From NCBI GenBank assembly GCA_963845245.1, contig CAWJRJ010000024.1, positions 108,322 through 172,321 on the forward strand: a DNA stretch of 64,000 bases, written 5' to 3'. The position numbers were made by a program, and so were the translations under genes. Below the pieces are notes generated by a model that was not told the DNA's origin, searched no databases, and saw only the letters and a program-made list of their open reading frames with translations. Positions 30,201 through 37,162 of this stretch are shown one piece after another. This DNA is from Nitrospirota bacterium (GTDB taxonomy: Bacteria; Nitrospirota; JACRHJ01). The stretch's first letter is position 1. Every line of letters starts with the position of its first letter.

Positions 30201-32780
30201 CGTCTGCTTGTATCTGATGCCGGATGAGTAGTTTTTGTATTTATAGACATACGTGGTCGAGGCATTGAACGTGCCGCCTTCGTGGTGATCCCGCTCGTAC
30301 TGCGGGCCTATCATGCCGGGTGAACTGATATTGATTACTTCGTTCTGGTGCGTATACCTGTAGAGGGTCGTGTTGTTCCTCCAGACCTGTCCGTCGGCGT
30401 GGCAGACGTTGCACTGAGAGGGGCTGCCGCCGCCAGCATGCAGAGGCAGGTAATGGGCGCCGATATTGCCCGTGCCGCGCGGATGAGCGCCTGGCAGGTC
30501 GTCGTCAGGAGGCATAAGGTGACACTGATTGCACGCATCGACCGCGTCTTTGCACAGCGTAGTGGTGGTAGCGTTGGGGATCGATAGCGGCGACCAGTTG
30601 CCAGCCTCGTCCCGGACCTTCATTGCAATATAATAGGTGGTCAACGGGGAGAGACCGGAGAGTTTGTACGACTGGACAGTGCCTTGCCCCGTCGGGAACG
30701 GGAGTTTCTCGCCAACAGTATGCCAGACCTTCCTCGCATCATCCCAGTTTACATCGGTTATCTGGTTATTCGAGTAGCGCATCTCATAAGCAGTGGCCGT
30801 CGTATTAGCCTTGTAGTCGTCATTACCTACAGCGGTCCACTGCACCTGGGTCTCGAAGGCCTTGGTGGATCCGGGGATAATGCTGAGTGTATTTACCATG
30901 CCTGGGGCGACCGTGTCGTGCGGGACCGCGTAAGTAGTCGGGTGCGCAAGCAAACTGAATTTACCGTCATCTTCCTTGGCCCAGACGGAGTAATAGTAAG
31001 GTTTGCCGTTGGTCAGGTTCGGGTGTGGCCAGCTTGTCTGCGTTGTGGTCAGGTCCACTGCCAGCTGTGAACCGTCGTAGCCGTTCGGGTCTGACGGGAA
31101 CGACGTGCTGTTCTTGAACATGATCCGGACGCCGGTCTGGTCACACCTGACGGGGTTGATCCAGCTAATGGTGTTCTGCATGTTGCCTTCGGTTACGGTG
31201 ACGCCGGTAACCGGGTCCATGATAGTGTTGTCGGTCGGTACGAGGTTAAGCTGGCTGCCAGTGTTCTGATAGTTCTTTAACGCGTCATACGGATAGACCT
31301 TGTAATTATATCCTCCAACTTTATCGTTTTGGAGTATTGAACACCTTCCCCCGTCCGTGCATGTCGTACCGTTACCTACATAGACAACAGTGGATGTGCC
31401 GAGATTGTTGATGCCAGTCTGCCCTACTGCATAGGTGACGCCAGCTGTCAAAGTCCTTGTATCCAGAGTGTTGGCGTCCCTGAGGACCACGACTCCGGCG
31501 AAGTCAGAGTCGCCGGGATTTGTCCAGCTCATCGTGGCACTGTTGTCGGAAACGGAGCTCGTACCCCATGTTGCAACGCCAGGAGGCGTAACGTCGTTCA
31601 ATACGGTGAAGGTCTTGACGTCGGGGAAGTTGACTATGTGTCTTACTTCCGGGGTTATGATGGCTCCGGTCCCGTACTGGTCCTTAACCGACAGTATGTA
31701 CTTCCCGGGGTTCGGGACGCTGAACGTGATGTTATAATAAGTGGAGGTGCTGTAGGTGAAGGTGCTTCTGCTTACTACGGTCGCGCCGCCGCTGGTGTCG
31801 TAGTCCGCCGCCTCGGTCAGCGTGGCTGTACACGTGTGGCTCGTGGTCGTGGTATTATTGGTCGACCCGTTAGACCTGTAAACATGGAATGTGTAAGTAT
31901 ACGTGTACGGCCAGCTCCCTGTGTTCACAACCACTGTCGGGTTCGTCACGGGTACTAGAGTATATGAATTGGTAACGGTGGTGGAGGAGGAGGAGGATAC
32001 CCAGTACTGATGGTCGACAAGGGTCTTGGCATACTCGTTTGCCGCTTCTGCCGCGAAGCCGGGGAAACCGGTGGTGGCGCTTATTGTCAGGCCGATGTTG
32101 TTGTTGGTGCTGGGGGTGGTGTACGAGGGCGATCTATACTCGCCGGTCGTTGAATTGTATGTCCAGTTCGCGACCGTGCTTCCGGTCCATGTAACGGTAT
32201 TGGTGGTATACGGAGACGTGCCGTATAGCTGGGTAGTCAGGGCCGCTGTTAAATAGGCACTGTAATTATTGCCCGTGCCGGTCATGGCGGCCCCGTTACG
32301 GTCCAGTATCTTAAAGCGGAACGTTACAGAGCTGCCCCTGGTTATCCTTCCGAAAGTTGAAGTCGTTGACGTACCACCTCCGGTTATCTGGATCCTCCCG
32401 GGTAAAGCGAATTGCGGATGGTGGTAGTACCTGGCCTGCCATGTACCGGTCGCGGCGCCTGCAGCTATTGCGTATTGGTCGTCGAGCTGATTGCCCGATG
32501 TCGAGGTAATATCGCCGCTCTGGCCCTGCCTGGCATTGGCAGAATCCCAGTACTCAGCGTTATAGATACTCGAGGCAAATACGCCGGTCAGACGCGCATA
32601 CAACGTGGTGCCTTTGGGGAAGCCTGTGGTGTTCACGTTGGTTCGGCCGCTGTCGGAGTAGAATGTAACCGTAGGCGCGACAGCGTAGGCGAACAAGGCC
32701 CACATTAAAACCCCGAGCACCAGTATTAAACCTGTGGCAGCAAGGAGCTTGCCGGAATATTTTTTCGTCCTCTTAGTCAT
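21291..32780 (-). CDS. Giant extracellular multiheme c-type cytochrome with CxxCH/CxxxxCH repeats, FN3 and Ig-like domains (~3829 aa)
   Basis: Uninterrupted ORF; ATG 32780 after GAGGAGG; signal peptide ending AYA; hand count 42 CxxCH, 13 CX4CH, 2 CX3CH, 1 CX5CH, 1 CX7CH. Confidence 0.93.
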   Translation of the reverse strand: MTKRTKKYSGKLLAATGLILVLGVLMWALFAYAVAPTVTFYSDSGRTNVNTTGFPKGTTLYARLTGVFASSIYNAEYWDSANARQGQSGDITSTSGNQLDDQYAIAAGAATGTWQARYYHHPQFALPGRIQITGGGTSTTSTFGRITRGSSVTFRFKILDRNGAAMTGTGNNYSAYLTAALTTQLYGTSPYTTNTVTWTGSTVANWTYNSTTGEYRSPSYTTPSTNNNIGLTISATTGFPGFAAEAANEYAKTLVDHQYWVSSSSSTTVTNSYTLVPVTNPTVVVNTGSWPYTYTYTFHVYRSNGSTNNTTTTSHTCTATLTEAADYDTSGGATVVSRSTFTYSTSTYYNITFSVPNPGKYILSVKDQYGTGAIITPEVRHIVNFPDVKTFTVLNDVTPPGVATWGTSSVSDNSATMSWTNPGDSDFAGVVVLRDANTLDTRTLTAGVTYAVGQTGINNLGTSTVVYVGNGTTCTDGGRCSILQNDKVGGYNYKVYPYDALKNYQNTGSQLNLVPTDNTIMDPVTGVTVTEGNMQNTISWINPVRCDQTGVRIMFKNSTSFPSDPNGYDGSQLAVDLTTTQTSWPHPNLTNGKPYYYSVWAKEDDGKFSLLAHPTTYAVPHDTVAPGMVNTLSIIPGSTKAFETQVQWTAVGNDDYKANTTATAYEMRYSNNQITDVNWDDARKVWHTVGEKLPFPTGQGTVQSYKLSGLSPLTTYYIAMKVRDEAGNWSPLSIPNATTTTLCKDAVDACNQCHLMPPDDDLPGAHPRGTGNIGAHYLPLHAGGGSPSQCNVCHADGQVWRNNTTLYRYTHQNEVINISSPGMIGPQYERDHHEGGTFNASTTYVYKYKNYSSGIRYKQTTGYCSNTYCHRSQNSPMWGLEAIVCGEYCHETPPATGRHVKHYHPGQYYINFGPNDGTKISGYTNDYGTGWEKGSAWTSSTGKSITVYNNGSDHLAGGNKDARYATYIKSADAQTTITVPDGTYYVTVCTGDSSQRLDKQTVTVSGDGFATPVKVIDNVDTYPGRLYKKAIDKQVIVTGGKNLMVKIGNGTDPTAINFMIINATPEAPKDNNTLLANTADEYGFACGKCHYMVTTEGVTRTTHHVGGPVERGIRDAENVFDADSNPKNPIASYTTIGSGPFKSYTDGQGFHYTNGRSCVNTYCHGSTMPGAGGSNHTPTWEDGYIDVNGASICGSCHDTAYKDSTPTSSISTGSHGKHVDRAYAYRLDCVKCHYNTVKPRLANYEIQIANKRYHVNGEHDVYFDNQSEFGRYSTSQQKCYNVYCHSNGLLDRGDMPYWATTYATPQWGSVGSKPCNYCHGAARTDGMPEYANLSTTRNSHVEHVVDNNLGCSKCHYSTTRDNGLSIYTSQPTLHVNGTRDVTFDFENHSGTYRKSTQTCSGTYCHGQISPPRWGDTLACGSCHGSADNPNPGVGGHLKHSQGFHTADNSVVNNSGNVAGDPTKYDFSCRFCHYSRTHGGGEYIAGVQTAETNFNTITPANGYNNASGVYTHGAPKEDKNYWHYSRGTCASVKCHSNGRGGAPNNTFYTWTTNIFTGCANCHSGDSSEAVNYRMKSGAHAMHVYSSVYRRACSDCHNDTVTTGATAIKDASKHVNGSVDVAIDATSTNGVTFNPDKTCSNAYCHSNGDPTTWGGTAYNKTMSWTSGERTTCTSCHANNHIVGAGLVDGVRTEAQTLSYNHREHLNSAANSGYGSRIGCTNCHNATADSNTTLQPLGAAQHTHDDGHKDVVYKVGFYDMTGANSYNPLSGYWGSWNTPTAGNCTVICHSDGRGGDPVRFPNWSTPEGSYGCTSCHGATAATLTTGDHVNHLGRTGCNTCHRLTAASNTMINVSGFTSHHVNGSSFTDISTTMHKDVWLTQGTYDVRTKVCSNTSCHGAASPAWNCTTCVSACNTCHGAPPSNVQHQGHYGSASIPTANTTGNHSNATTYVFGCGQCHNPATVSHQGGNVKTNQAAEVKFDNTSTPMNPLGSYTTTNKLMGTDNSGSIPLNYSKGTCRNLYCHSNGRGNSVMVSWSTAAASITCVSCHGGATSGTLSAQHNKHVNTYANSSYNFGCAQCHNKTVDSNTNINNKAKHVNGVKDVYLAPYSNKSGTYNGSICSNTYCHSDGNNTSYKTPSWSGTMTCTNCHNYTKTTTEITTGKHKEHLNNALDVNLGSFKCVDCHADTVQSNNTTITYTNGTHVNGTKNVNFLDKSLNNYTGAYVSGSYTCRNNYCHSSGQKKFGTGSFALLSTPKFRSPAWNTGTLDCKGCHGAETGVPASLYGEPNYANRSTSGTMAGAWFNGHQKHVKSITDCYNCHNLTVTSAGNVIAAGGYHINGSREVQFSGGGTYTASDKRCKNTACHGTTVMRWGGSLPKDCQSCHSDQGAGTYANHSSTGKHVKHVNSTTYKFACEICHATKNTSPNTTHGTGDRKLNLQAAEVFFNKTSTSWKTLTYGNGGTAFRYRGMDAALGATGILANYTANTTSAGTDPVNPAKSWTAGTCRNMWCHSNGQNPPTYANPVWNTTTATCTTCHGGKTSGTLSGKHAKHVNDAANGGNFGCAQCHNDTVSSDAVVSSYALHVNGTRDIYFAPFNGYTGAYVTGGTCRNTYCHSSGQATPVYQSPGTWSAGTAVTCDSCHGAEGTTLVAGAPEYANLSTTSRNTFNGHGVSGHVSSAGDCSKCHRGTVNVLGNLSTGTIKHINGSRDVNFRSDISGVTYSSTSKTCTGAAGATCHASSTVRWGGTANCLTCHGVTTAETDDYTYSGGGGTKATINLDQYTSVGHGRISGTYRYSGSAGAANSSKGARQVTSCETCHDAAVAHGTTGNFFRVKGGGSADTLCTTALGCHSVSTTAHHNQTNTGGDANWTVLTPKCVDCHDPHGDDGPNGRHNNYMIQGMVNYTTNSTSDGIPTAGRTKAVNFPANVNQPANLNYTSYARSNFSGLCQICHVRGGNPAHYSRTLYEDQTGHSTGKVCTQCHSHDTGFKGAGDCKGCHNSAQGARRNIQTDFNQGSHHIVGSWATIVATDCVPCHAEGNSDGTPNATYHRAVLSADDPIDLKVYGTYPTVSRTVAYKVLRNNSSITPVCLGCHNDTNKTATPFSDGKTPNTYAWDFNSIGSKYSNISTTPWGKFNSTTYNVVPADAVNKAFSPHGQTGKNDMPKGLATFAVYSGTKAVQCYDCHNSHSSPVAAGTSYASGNTEGGIIKTTASYTPAAGGSSGTKNAYSSSSDLCFDCHLGENGSGAPKTYRDYGIPSGKAIVGYYDRVGMNFNNYSSSRWSTSDVWRGSFAYKDSTFKGGHFGNSKGYLQEGLSTMGTMVNGNCTACHDPHGVSPAIKRGYTKAVRTVYTGSGADPALSGSYTGTANASNVNVIQIVAGGALGTATYRASTNSGKNWGTTTSTSTAWTANGITATFGAGTYAIDDTWTWLSGSNPNYMAPALKGTWMHSPYKEDRAPRNTYTSDKGNGEATARLAGIFKADDYTTYADQTGWSTAKRFWDDISGGTSAAGTNRMVGGPAPRANPDFKTGSYVPGYNTPAVQGDGFGRGPVRSYGAGFTNVTSMRGWNGYFIDENTFGQTTAKQYGYVNPYSNMSTANPAAWNPGNFAGLCLQCHAWDKNTASSIALDNVTSANLATGTQRVQTKVHETVANLGTITVNLFQRNEGTGSYTSNSPTLGMHMSQYNSSNGSATNTGGATGVVAVSSTAVYGILDTTANSGTTTQHMHWYRWGVSGSTQKTAGTIQAKYHQFPCSKCHTPHTSRLPRLMKTNCLDNDNVGTSHTTMGYVGDAATISGTATTNLWGALARNVACHSTKIGYAGAGPSYTPGGWNKVTPW

Positions 32781-32924
32781 TTCTTCCTCCTCGTTGGATA
32801 CTTTCAAATTTTTTTTAAGTTATATATTCAATCTTTCACAAGGTTACGCCCATAAACACAAGCAGTCCGCGTATCTTATGGTTATGCGTATATCCTCGTG
32901 AGGCTTTTCCCTTTTAATCTTCTA

Positions 32925-32952
32925 TACGGGGACGGCTTGCGCCGCCCCCGTA
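32925..32952 (-). other. Intergenic GC-rich stem-loop (GCAA loop) without U tract
   Basis: TACGGGGGCGGC-GCAA-GCCGTCCCCGTA just after the 32971 stop; likely mRNA stability or processing element. Confidence 0.55.
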
Positions 32953-32970
32953 ACAATCCTGATAATTATG

Positions 32971-34614
32971 TTAATGCACCGGCGCGCAGTCCCAGTTCTG
33001 GGACGAGCCGTAGTGGCATCTGACGTTGTTGCAGCTCCTGGTAACCTTGTCGTACTTTGAAGTCATGTTGTTGAACCAGTAGTTCGGGTGCACTCCGACG
33101 TTCACGTTGTCCCTGTATACCGTCCTCTGGCTTAGGTTGTGGTGGTTTGCCGCATTGCCGTCGCCGCCGCCGTCGTAGTGGCACGTATGGCAGGCATAGC
33201 CGCGCTTTGTCACGTGCGTGTAGTGCGCGCCGCCGCCGCCGGAGTAATCTTCGAATGTGCGGTATTGCGATACGGATATTGAACTGAAGTCCCTGTAGCC
33301 CGGAGCGCCTGAACCGACATTTACGCCGTCATTCGTACCGTGGCAGGAGTTGCAAGCCTCTTCCGTCCAGTTACCGCTGGTCATCAATGTATGGCAGTAT
33401 ATGTTGGAGCAGGTGCCCTTGTTCATGTCGAAGGTCGAGGTTATGCCGGCCTTGTTCTTGCCGTTGTTCCTCAGTCCGAAGTAGACCCTGGTGTTCTGGG
33501 ACTTGACAGGGAGCGATATTACGCCGCTGTTGCCCTGGCCGATCGTCGAGTGGTGCAGGAATCCCCTTGTGGCGTTTATGTCAGGAGTCCTGTGGCAGTC
33601 GTCGCAGTAGATGTTCCTGTCCTCGCTCTGGTAGTTCCAGGGGTTCAGCTTGTAGCTGAACAAGTGCTTCTGGTGTCTCAGGTTAGCGTTTCTGCTGGCC
33701 GCGCTTGTGGCACTGCCGAAGACCGCGCTGGTTATGCTCTTGAACGTCGCCTCCTGGCTTGGCGTGCTGTGGCACTCGTTGCACTTGAGGTCGTTGTCGC
33801 CCCATGACGCCGTCTGGTACGCGCCGAAACGCTTCTTCTGGCCGGGCTTGAAGTAGATGGTGTAGTTGCCGAACGGGTCGCCCGCGTTGTTGTGGCATGA
33901 AAGCGCGCAGGTGCCTGCCGCCGCTGTAGATTTCTTCGAATAGCCTATGCCGGTCACGCTTACATAAGTGTGGGCAAGGGACATGTCAGCGCGTGCCTTG
34001 AACTGCGTTGTTGGGGTGGCAATATGCGCACGCGGGCCTGTCGTGTTGTTCGCAAATGGGACCGCCGGGTGGCAGTTGTTGCAGGTTATCGTCTTTGTGT
34101 TGTCAACGACCTTTATTGCAGAGCTGAAGTGCATGTATGTCCTGCCGGGCGTCGCATGAAGGCCCGACATCGTATATGAGCCGAAGGCGCCGCTTCTGAA
34201 ATGGCAGATGTTGCAGTTCGCCCCGCTGCCGCCCCAGGTAGCAGTCTGGTTCTTGTGGCAGGCTTTGGTGCAGGTAGAGTTACCCTGGTTATAAACCAGA
34301 CCTGAGGCCGATACGTTAGTAAAACCATTCTGGTGTTTTGAAGCCAGGCCGCTTACTGAAGGGTGACAGCGGTCGCAGGTCGTCACGTCTGAACTTGCAT
34401 GGTCCGGGTGGCTCTTTGTGGTCTGTCTGACGCAGCCTCCCTCGCTATCCGAGTCCCGTGGTGGGTTACTGTGACACTCACCGCAGTTTATGGTCAGGGC
34501 CATGGCTGGGGTGGGCGCCATCGCAGTCCCTATAAGGACCATCATCAGGATGAGGGCAAGAAGGCCTACCGGCAACCCCCACCTTCTGTTATTCGGCTGG
34601 CTGGTGTATCCCAT
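32971..34614 (-). CDS. Multiheme cytochrome c, 12 motifs (8 CxxCH, 2 CX3CH, 2 CX4CH)
   Basis: ATG 34614 after AGGAGG; signal peptide ending AMA; four motif triads. Confidence 0.9.
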   Translation of the reverse strand: MGYTSQPNNRRWGLPVGLLALILMMVLIGTAMAPTPAMALTINCGECHSNPPRDSDSEGGCVRQTTKSHPDHASSDVTTCDRCHPSVSGLASKHQNGFTNVSASGLVYNQGNSTCTKACHKNQTATWGGSGANCNICHFRSGAFGSYTMSGLHATPGRTYMHFSSAIKVVDNTKTITCNNCHPAVPFANNTTGPRAHIATPTTQFKARADMSLAHTYVSVTGIGYSKKSTAAAGTCALSCHNNAGDPFGNYTIYFKPGQKKRFGAYQTASWGDNDLKCNECHSTPSQEATFKSITSAVFGSATSAASRNANLRHQKHLFSYKLNPWNYQSEDRNIYCDDCHRTPDINATRGFLHHSTIGQGNSGVISLPVKSQNTRVYFGLRNNGKNKAGITSTFDMNKGTCSNIYCHTLMTSGNWTEEACNSCHGTNDGVNVGSGAPGYRDFSSISVSQYRTFEDYSGGGGAHYTHVTKRGYACHTCHYDGGGDGNAANHHNLSQRTVYRDNVNVGVHPNYWFNNMTSKYDKVTRSCNNVRCHYGSSQNWDCAPVH

Positions 34615-34693
34615 TTTATTCCTCCTTAATAGAAACAATTCAAATTGATAAAAACTTTAATTGTAATGTCTTCTTCTGTATTGCTGGCAAGAG

Positions 34694-34709
34694 GCGCAAT
34701 GTCTTGCGC
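34694..34709. repeat. Palindrome copy A, GCGCAATGTCTTGCGC
   Basis: 15/16 identical to 35179..35194; arms extend imperfectly (GCAAG...CTTGC). Confidence 0.6.
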
Positions 34710-34742
34710 TCCTTGCAAGAAATACAGGCGATAACAGCATGA

Positions 34743-35144
34743 TCAACCGTCTGCTTTTTTTATCACCAACCCGCTCGGCACAAGGACCAGAGTATGCTTG
34801 GTACCCTGGACGACCTTTGCTTCATAGTAATACTGGTAGTCCTGTGAAGACCCTTTTTTCACCGTCTGATCTCCGAACTTGAAATCTTTCAATGCGACCC
34901 TCCGTACAGTCACATAACCCTTTATATAGTAGGCTTTTTTCTCCCCCGGCTTATTCGTGCCGGTATGTATGTAGGAGATTTTCACTATCTTGTTGGAAAG
35001 CGGCCGGTCTCTCATCGTCAAGACAGACCCCAACGTATTAAAAACTACCTGTTCAGCCTTTTGTTCCTCTGTCGAGCAACCAACCAACAAGGCAATCAAC
35101 ACTACTGTGATAACCGCTAACCATATCTTTTTCATACCGCTCAT
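34743..35144 (-). CDS. Small basic lipoprotein of unknown function
   Basis: MKKIWLAVITVVLIALLVG-C lipobox; lies inside the cytochrome gene run. Confidence 0.75.
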   Translation of the reverse strand: MSGMKKIWLAVITVVLIALLVGCSTEEQKAEQVVFNTLGSVLTMRDRPLSNKIVKISYIHTGTNKPGEKKAYYIKGYVTVRRVALKDFKFGDQTVKKGSSQDYQYYYEAKVVQGTKHTLVLVPSGLVIKKADG

Positions 35145-35173
35145 TATTTCTTCAACCCTTCTGTGTTTCTTAA

Positions 35174-35199
35174 AGGATGCGCAAGGTCTTGCGCATCCT
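35174..35199. repeat. Palindrome copy B, AGGATGCGCAAG-GT-CTTGCGCATCCT
   Basis: Perfect 12-bp inverted arms; core shared with 34694..34709. Confidence 0.65.
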
Positions 35200-35210
35200 G
35201 TGAGCAACAC

Positions 35211-35250
35211 AGCCTTTTGGGCCCCGCCCCGAAGGACGGGGCCCAAAGCT
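35211..35250 (-). other. Intergenic stem-loop (UUCG loop) after the 35266 cytochrome
   Basis: TTTGGGCCCCGTCC-TTCG-GGGCGGGGCCCAAA; no U tract on the minus strand. Confidence 0.55.
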
Positions 35251-35265
35251 GCTTTTAGTTTCGGT

Positions 35266-37020
35266 TTACCACCAGTTCGGGGTGGTCCTGCCGTTGTGAC
35301 ATTTCACGTTGCTGCAGGACACGTCTGAACCAGGTGTCGTCGCGTTGAACGTGAAGCTTGTGCCGTCGCAGAGGCCGAGGGTGTTGTTGTCGGCTACGTT
35401 GACAGTACCGTTCATGTGGGTCGCGCCCTTGTGGCACTTACCGCAGAGGTTTACGTCGTTGGTTACGACTGTATAGTCATCGGTAGTGGCATTGTAGCTG
35501 GCGTTGTCCCTGAGGTGCGTCAACTGCCTGGTGGCAGTGGCCGCATTCTTGATGGTGTGGCCGTTATTGCCAGTCCAATCCAGCGTTCCGCCAGGATACT
35601 CGTGGCAGGCGGCGCATCCCTTCGTACCAATCACGACGCCAGTCGCTATGGAGTTCCAGGCCGGTGACGTAATGATGTGGCACTTGGTGTTCGTGCAGGT
35701 ACCGCTGACCGATATGGAACCGGCAGCTGAGTAGCCCACGGTCGCAAGAAGACCTGCGGCGCCATCCTTTACCGGCAACTGATAGAGCTGCGGGCCGCCA
35801 AGGGCGTTTACTTCATGCGCGCCTGTGTGGCAGTCGCTGCAGGACGGAAGTCCGGTCGGCGTAGAGTCGGTCCTTGATACCGTGCCCGAACCGATATGCA
35901 TCGACGATATCGCGGCGAAATGCAGGCTGTGCGCGAATGTGAGCGGCCTGCCGCCCATGGCTATCGCGCTGTTATTCGCGGCCACGGTCGGAGTATGGTT
36001 GTGGCAGAGTTCGCATCCGCTAGTGTCCTTCCATAACGGGTTGGCGCTCTGCACTGACGACTTGTTGAAATGGCAGGCGTTGGTACATGCCAGTTTACCA
36101 GTAGTGTCGGCCAGGCCTGACGCGTTCGTGAACACGATGCCGGCAGGAGCTACAAAGCTGGCATTTACTGCCTTGACGTTGGTACCGTCTGACGCGTGCG
36201 GGTAGGCCTTCTTGCTGCCGTCGTCCGCCCTGCCCTGGCTCCACAGATCGCTCGTGTTGTCCGGGTGGCAGGCCGCGCAGACCTTGTCGCTGTTGCCGTT
36301 CATGTCGATGACGGTGGAGAAGCTGCCAAGCACGATCTTCGTGCCGCCGAGCAGCTGGTTGCCATGGCTTCCGCCAACGGAGAACAGGTGGACCTTGTGG
36401 CCGGCGGTGCCGGTGGAGCCGTTGCCGAGGCCGGTGTTCGATGCGGTTGGCCCGTAGTTGGAGGCGTCACCGTGGCAGCTTGAGCAGGTCAGGTGTATGG
36501 AAGCCGAGGTGTAGTTGCCCCAGGGAGCTGTCGCAGCAGCGTTCTTGTGGCAGGCGTTCGTACATGTCTTCGTACCGAAGTCATATGCGAGGTTCGGGTC
36601 GGTCACAGTCTGGCGGCCCGCCGTAAGCACGGCGCTCGTACCGGATATGTTAACGAACCCGTCCTGGTGCTTCTTCTTGTTATGGCAGTAGTCGCAGTTA
36701 CCTCTTACAACATCGCCAGAGGAGCCGCCCTTCTTACCATAGCTTACTGAAGAGTAGTTCATGTGGATGCCGTGCAGCCCGCGACCATCGTTGTTGCAGG
36801 TGTCGGCGTCAACCGGGGTGTAGCCAACTTCCCAGATCGCAGGGGTGTAGCCCGACCGGAGGTTGTGCCATGCAGTCGTGCTTGTAAATGTCTTTGCGGA
36901 GCCATTGTGCGTACCATGGCAGTCGCCGCAGGACGCTTTAGCCGCGAAGGCCGAGCCTGCGAAGACCAGCGAGAGGCCGACTACCATGGCCGTCGCTAAC
37001 ATTAATCTTAATTTAACCAT
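35266..37020 (-). CDS. Multiheme cytochrome c, 12 motifs (8 CxxCH, 2 CX3CH, 2 CX4CH)
   Basis: Signal peptide ending AFA; four triads; ends TPNWW. Confidence 0.9.
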   Translation of the reverse strand: MVKLRLMLATAMVVGLSLVFAGSAFAAKASCGDCHGTHNGSAKTFTSTTAWHNLRSGYTPAIWEVGYTPVDADTCNNDGRGLHGIHMNYSSVSYGKKGGSSGDVVRGNCDYCHNKKKHQDGFVNISGTSAVLTAGRQTVTDPNLAYDFGTKTCTNACHKNAAATAPWGNYTSASIHLTCSSCHGDASNYGPTASNTGLGNGSTGTAGHKVHLFSVGGSHGNQLLGGTKIVLGSFSTVIDMNGNSDKVCAACHPDNTSDLWSQGRADDGSKKAYPHASDGTNVKAVNASFVAPAGIVFTNASGLADTTGKLACTNACHFNKSSVQSANPLWKDTSGCELCHNHTPTVAANNSAIAMGGRPLTFAHSLHFAAISSMHIGSGTVSRTDSTPTGLPSCSDCHTGAHEVNALGGPQLYQLPVKDGAAGLLATVGYSAAGSISVSGTCTNTKCHIITSPAWNSIATGVVIGTKGCAACHEYPGGTLDWTGNNGHTIKNAATATRQLTHLRDNASYNATTDDYTVVTNDVNLCGKCHKGATHMNGTVNVADNNTLGLCDGTSFTFNATTPGSDVSCSNVKCHNGRTTPNWW

Positions 37021-37162
37021 TTTTCCTTCTCCTATTGTTGTTCTGTCAACGTACCGGATCCAACATCGTTAATGAAACCTACAGTCCTTCTTGCTTGTTT
37101 CTACTCCTTGTTTTAATGAACCTACTTCCCCCCCTTCGTTAAGAGTTATGTCACAATAATCA

